Origin: Candidatus Omnitrophota bacterium
GTDB lineage: Bacteria; Omnitrophota; Gorgyraeia; JAHJTE01
Reading direction: 5' to 3'
Assembly: GCA_018830005.1 (NCBI GenBank)
Contig: JAHJTE010000001.1
Span: 129,332-193,331, forward strand
Length of the DNA: 64,000 nucleotides
The position numbers were made by a program, and so were the translations under genes. Shown here one piece after another: positions 62,104-64,000 of the stretch. The notes under the pieces were generated by a model. It was not told where the DNA came from. It worked only from the letters and a program-made list of their open reading frames with translations, and searched no databases. Each line of letters begins with the position of its first letter. Positions within the stretch are counted from its first letter, which is position 1.

Positions 62104-62132
62104 AATATAACATATTAGCGGGTCTGTTTCAA
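62104..62132 (-). promoter_or_regulatory. Sigma70 promoter for the ncRNA
   Basis: Minus strand TTGAAA-17-TATATT with extended TG; predicted TSS coincides with the start of the closing helix. Confidence 0.65.
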
Positions 62133-62232
62133 GGCAAGTATAGCAAAATTAAGCTTTGAGAAAGCGCTTTCTTTTTGATTGACTCTTGTGTCTCTTTTGA
62201 GCTATAATAGATATTCTTGGGGAGGCTAATAC

Positions 62233-63528
62233 ATGATTGAAAGATACACCTTAGAGAAGATGCGCAACATTTGGTCTAGAGAAAATAAATTCTCTAAGAT
62301 GTTGCAAGTAGAGATACTTACATGCGAAGCCCTAAGTCATTCTAAGGTAATACCGTTACAAGCCTTAAGGCGCATTAAACGCAAGGCAAAGTTTAACATA
62401 AAGAGAATTGACGCCTTAGAAAAAAAGACAAATCATGATGTAGTTGCCTTTCTTCTTAATCTGGGTGAGGGCCTAGGAGAAGATGCCAAATTCTTACATC
62501 GGGGCTTGACCTCATCCGATGTCTTGGATACTGCCCTTTCCATGCAATTAAGAGAGTCTTGTGATATTCTTTTAGATGACCTAGAAAAATTAAGAAAAAT
62601 TTTGGCCAAAAAGGCCAGGCAGTATAAACATACACCTTGTATTGGCAGGACGCATGGGATACATGCTGAACCACTTGCCTTTGGCTTAAAATTCGCACTC
62701 TGGTTTGATGAGATAAATAGGGCGCTGCTTAGAATGCGCAGGGTGCGAGAACTGGTTTCTCTCGTAAAGCTTTCCGGCGCTGTTGGTACATATGTACATT
62801 TGCCTGCTTCTGTTGAAAAATATGTAGCTTCAAGGCTTAAATTAAAGTCAGTCAATGCTGCTACTCAAGTCATTAGCCGCGATATCCACGCTGAATTTGT
62901 CTCCTCTCTAGCTTTGGTTGCCGCAAGTATCGAGAAATTTGCGACTGAAATCCGTCATCTGCAACGTACAGAGGTAAGAGAAGCAGAAGAGCCGTTTGGC
63001 CGAGGCCAGAAAGGTTCCTCTGCAATGCCTCATAAGAGAAATCCGATTATCTGCGAACGTCTCTGTGGTCTTTCGCGTATTATTCGCTCTTATGTTATCG
63101 CAGCCCTTGAGAATGTAAGCCTCTGGCACGAGAGGGATATCAGCCATTCTTCTGTAGAGCGAGTCATATTGGCAGATTCTTGTCAGGTTTTGGATTATAT
63201 GTTGGTAAAATTCACTAATGTGGTATCTGGTCTTTTAGTATATCCTCAAGCCATGTTAGCTAATCTAGCCAAGACAAGAGGTCTTATTTTTTCACAAGGC
63301 ATTCTGGTCAGACTTATGCAAAAGGGTCTTGCTAGAGAGAAGGCCTATGACATTGTGCAAGATGCCTCAATGCATGTATGGAAGAATATAGGCGCAACAT
63401 TTATGGATGTGTTATTAGTTAATAGCAAGGCACGTCGATACCTCTCAGAGAAAGAGATCAAGGATTGCTTTAGCCTTAATTATTATTTACGTAATGTAGA
63501 TAACATCTTTAAAAAAGTGGGGTTATGA
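62233..63528 (+). CDS. purB: Adenylosuccinate lyase
   Basis: MIERY, HDVVAF, GRTHGIHAEP and SSAMPHKRNP. Confidence 0.97.
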   Translation: MIERYTLEKMRNIWSRENKFSKMLQVEILTCEALSHSKVIPLQALRRIKRKAKFNIKRIDALEKKTNHDVVAFLLNLGEGLGEDAKFLHRGLTSSDVLDTALSMQLRESCDILLDDLEKLRKILAKKARQYKHTPCIGRTHGIHAEPLAFGLKFALWFDEINRALLRMRRVRELVSLVKLSGAVGTYVHLPASVEKYVASRLKLKSVNAATQVISRDIHAEFVSSLALVAASIEKFATEIRHLQRTEVREAEEPFGRGQKGSSAMPHKRNPIICERLCGLSRIIRSYVIAALENVSLWHERDISHSSVERVILADSCQVLDYMLVKFTNVVSGLLVYPQAMLANLAKTRGLIFSQGILVRLMQKGLAREKAYDIVQDASMHVWKNIGATFMDVLLVNSKARRYLSEKEIKDCFSLNYYLRNVDNIFKKVGL

Positions 63529-63533
63529 TAAAA

Positions 63534-64000
63534 ATGCAAAAAGGCAACAAGATATACGAGGGGAAAGCAAAGATTCTCTATGAGACAGATAATCAGGATC
63601 TCTTGATTCAGTATTTTAAGGATGATGCCACAGCCTTTGATGCTACCAAACGCGGTCAGATTAATAATAAGGGTATTTGCAATAACAAAATATCCATAAA
63701 GATCTTCGAATATCTAGAAAAAGAAGGTGTGCCTACGCATTTTGAAAAGGTGCTTAATGACAGAGAGATGCTTGTTAAGCGCGTTGAGATTATTCCGGTT
63801 GAGGTAACAATACGTAACATTGTTGCCGGTGGCATGAGTAAATTGCTGGGATTGGAAGAAGGCATAGTTTTAAAGGAGCCGGTTTTGGAGTATCATTATA
63901 AAGACGATTCCTTGCATGATCCATTGATTAATAAATATCACATTTTTGCCCTGGGTTTAGCCAGCGAGGTGGAGCTTAAAACTATTGATGATTTTTCGTT
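63534..64000 (+). CDS. purC: SAICAR synthetase, N-terminal part (runs off the window)
   Basis: Manual translation MQKGNKIYEGKAKILYET...FKDDATAF...KGICNN...PTHF...IPVEV; absent from the ORF track because it has no stop in the window. Confidence 0.93.
   Translation, partial: MQKGNKIYEGKAKILYETDNQDLLIQYFKDDATAFDATKRGQINNKGICNNKISIKIFEYLEKEGVPTHFEKVLNDREMLVKRVEIIPVEVTIRNIVAGGMSKLLGLEEGIVLKEPVLEYHYKDDSLHDPLINKYHIFALGLASEVELKTIDDFS

Overview
AT-rich bacterial chromosomal window with no prophage, IS transposase, rRNA or CRISPR array. Gene content and style suggest an anaerobic diderm of the PVC group, probably Ca. Omnitrophota (inference). From left to right: housekeeping genes, including an unannotated 28-aa bL37-like ribosomal peptide; an iron/Fe-S/sulfur-cofactor block (feoB, DtxR-FeoA, Rrf2, nifU, nifS, TPP-riboswitch thi4, birA with operator, bioB-F-C, a bioD-bioA fusion, mnmA, nadA); a c-di-GMP-I riboswitch-controlled surface-protein/type II secretion locus (1835-aa CFI-box-CTERM protein, PDZ-GspC, RHH protein, GH-A hydrolase with dockerin, gspE-M, ExeA, secretin fused to a TonB-C domain); three tRNAs; an rnf operon with a serpin inserted; purN, eno, ftsB, two pilins, purB and partial purC. 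The most novel signal is a stand-alone ~311-nt minus-strand structured RNA (61788-62098) with its own promoter and terminator and no credible downstream gene. It is built around a c-di-GMP-I aptamer core expanded by extra helices, including a two-hairpin insertion found at the same position in the cis riboswitch at 28466-28595. All RNA structures were derived by eye and need computational and experimental confirmation.
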